A stretch of 64,000 bases of DNA from Pecten maximus (Eukaryota): positions 7,192,001 through 7,256,000 of the forward strand of contig NC_047023.1 of the NCBI RefSeq assembly GCF_902652985.1. Direction: 5' to 3'. The translations under genes were made by a program, and so were the position numbers. The notes under the pieces were generated by a model that saw nothing but the letters and a program-made list of their open reading frames with translations, was not told the DNA's origin and searched no databases. Positions 63,027 to 64,000 of the stretch are shown piece after piece (position 1 is the first letter of the stretch; each line of letters opens with the position of its first letter).

Positions 63027-63917
63027 TCCAAAATTCTAAAACATTTCAGAATTTTAGATTTTTGACCACCCAAAATATGTTGATAGTTATTTTTTTAGGT
63101 TTTTGATTAAAACTAAATGAAATATCAAATATCCACAATCGTTTTGATTTTTTAATTATTTGGATTTTTGGATGTTCAGACCGTTGCAGTTCAAATTTCC
63201 AAAATCTCACAACAATCGCGTTGATCTGAAGCACCTGAGTGACCATGTGATTCGGAAAAGCGAAACCGAAAGTAAAGCATGTGACCCATATTTCACATTA
63301 TCTCGGCATTAGATCCGTACGTGGATTTTGTTAGTTTATGATAGAATAATGAAAATAAAGTTGTTCAGATGTGGCCAAGATGTTCTCCAGATGAGAGACA
63401 GACCCCCAAATGAAAGTCAGCCTCTTTAACAATTAAGGGACATTTTGCCTCTTACAGAACACGACATTTTTAGATATCTTTTAATTAAAAATTACATTTT
63501 CCCTTGAAAAACCAAATGCAAGCAATGATAGGAACTTGGTTTAAAACGTTCTGTTTGTCAGATATACACTGCACAATATGTCATAATATGCAGTAAAATA
63601 TTCTTTTATAAACATTAATCAGTAAAATATATGTGTAACCATTTACAAATGCGCCTCTGCTTACAATTTTTAATCAAAAGTGGTGTGTTCTATAGAAGGT
63701 ATTTTGCCCCTCAAGTATGCGACTGTCTCTCGATTGCAAGGCGATGTTTTGAGTTTTCGGAACTTTGAACGGCAAAGATCTAAAAATCCAAAACTCCTAA
63801 AACTCAACAGCTTAAAACGATCTTGGATATTTGATAGTTTAGTTTTTTTTGTCAAAAAAAAAATAAAAATTTGTAACTCCAAACATTTTAGGATATTTGA
63901 TATTTTAGAATTTTGGT
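63027..63917. mobile_element. Diverged long-TIR MITE
   Basis: Imperfect inverted arms of ~200 bp: CCAAAATTCTAAAA / TTTTAGAATTTTGG; TATCAAATATCCA / TGGATATTTGATA; TTTGGATTTTT / AAAAATCCAAA. Confidence 0.7.
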
Positions 63918-64000
63918 CTTAATGTCATATATGACCACCTAACCACAAGGTACATATATATATATATATATATAACTTATCGGTGACAGCCACCAGAAGG

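Overview
AT-rich, repeat-dense eukaryotic DNA. The SINE and non-autonomous element families suggest a mollusc, probably a bivalve (inference). No prokaryotic features (operons, CRISPR, rRNA, true tRNA genes) are supported. Main contents: (1) a minus-strand, multi-exon gene (about 50337-62013; its 5' part was not found) encoding EGF - about 59 Gly-X-Y collagen triplets - 3 EGF - TM - Tyr-rich tail. One intron opens with a ~3.9 kb minisatellite built from roughly 95 tandem copies of the exon end plus its 5' splice donor, in mostly frame-preserving 33/45-bp units. (2) An intact L1/Tx1-type LINE ORF2 (44073-47888) with 3' UTR and poly(A). (3) A decayed Ty3/Gypsy element, a decayed Crypton (DUF3504-like) element, a Zisupton/HMGXB3-like fragment and a foldback element with a 9-bp TSD. 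(4) Five tRNA-derived V-domain-type SINEs, several Helentron/pearl-like elements and MITEs, and three TATGG-terminated elements with phased GATATC palindromes. (5) Two oppositely oriented arrays of one 63-bp satellite, each downstream of a paralogous small candidate exon (HPRLYxSLSxxExPNCT), suggesting a convergent duplicated pair of small orphan genes. (6) A probable pseudogene for a secreted Cys-rich protein. Most short ORFs in the supplied track are artefacts of tandem repeats. All family assignments come from motif recall, not database searches.
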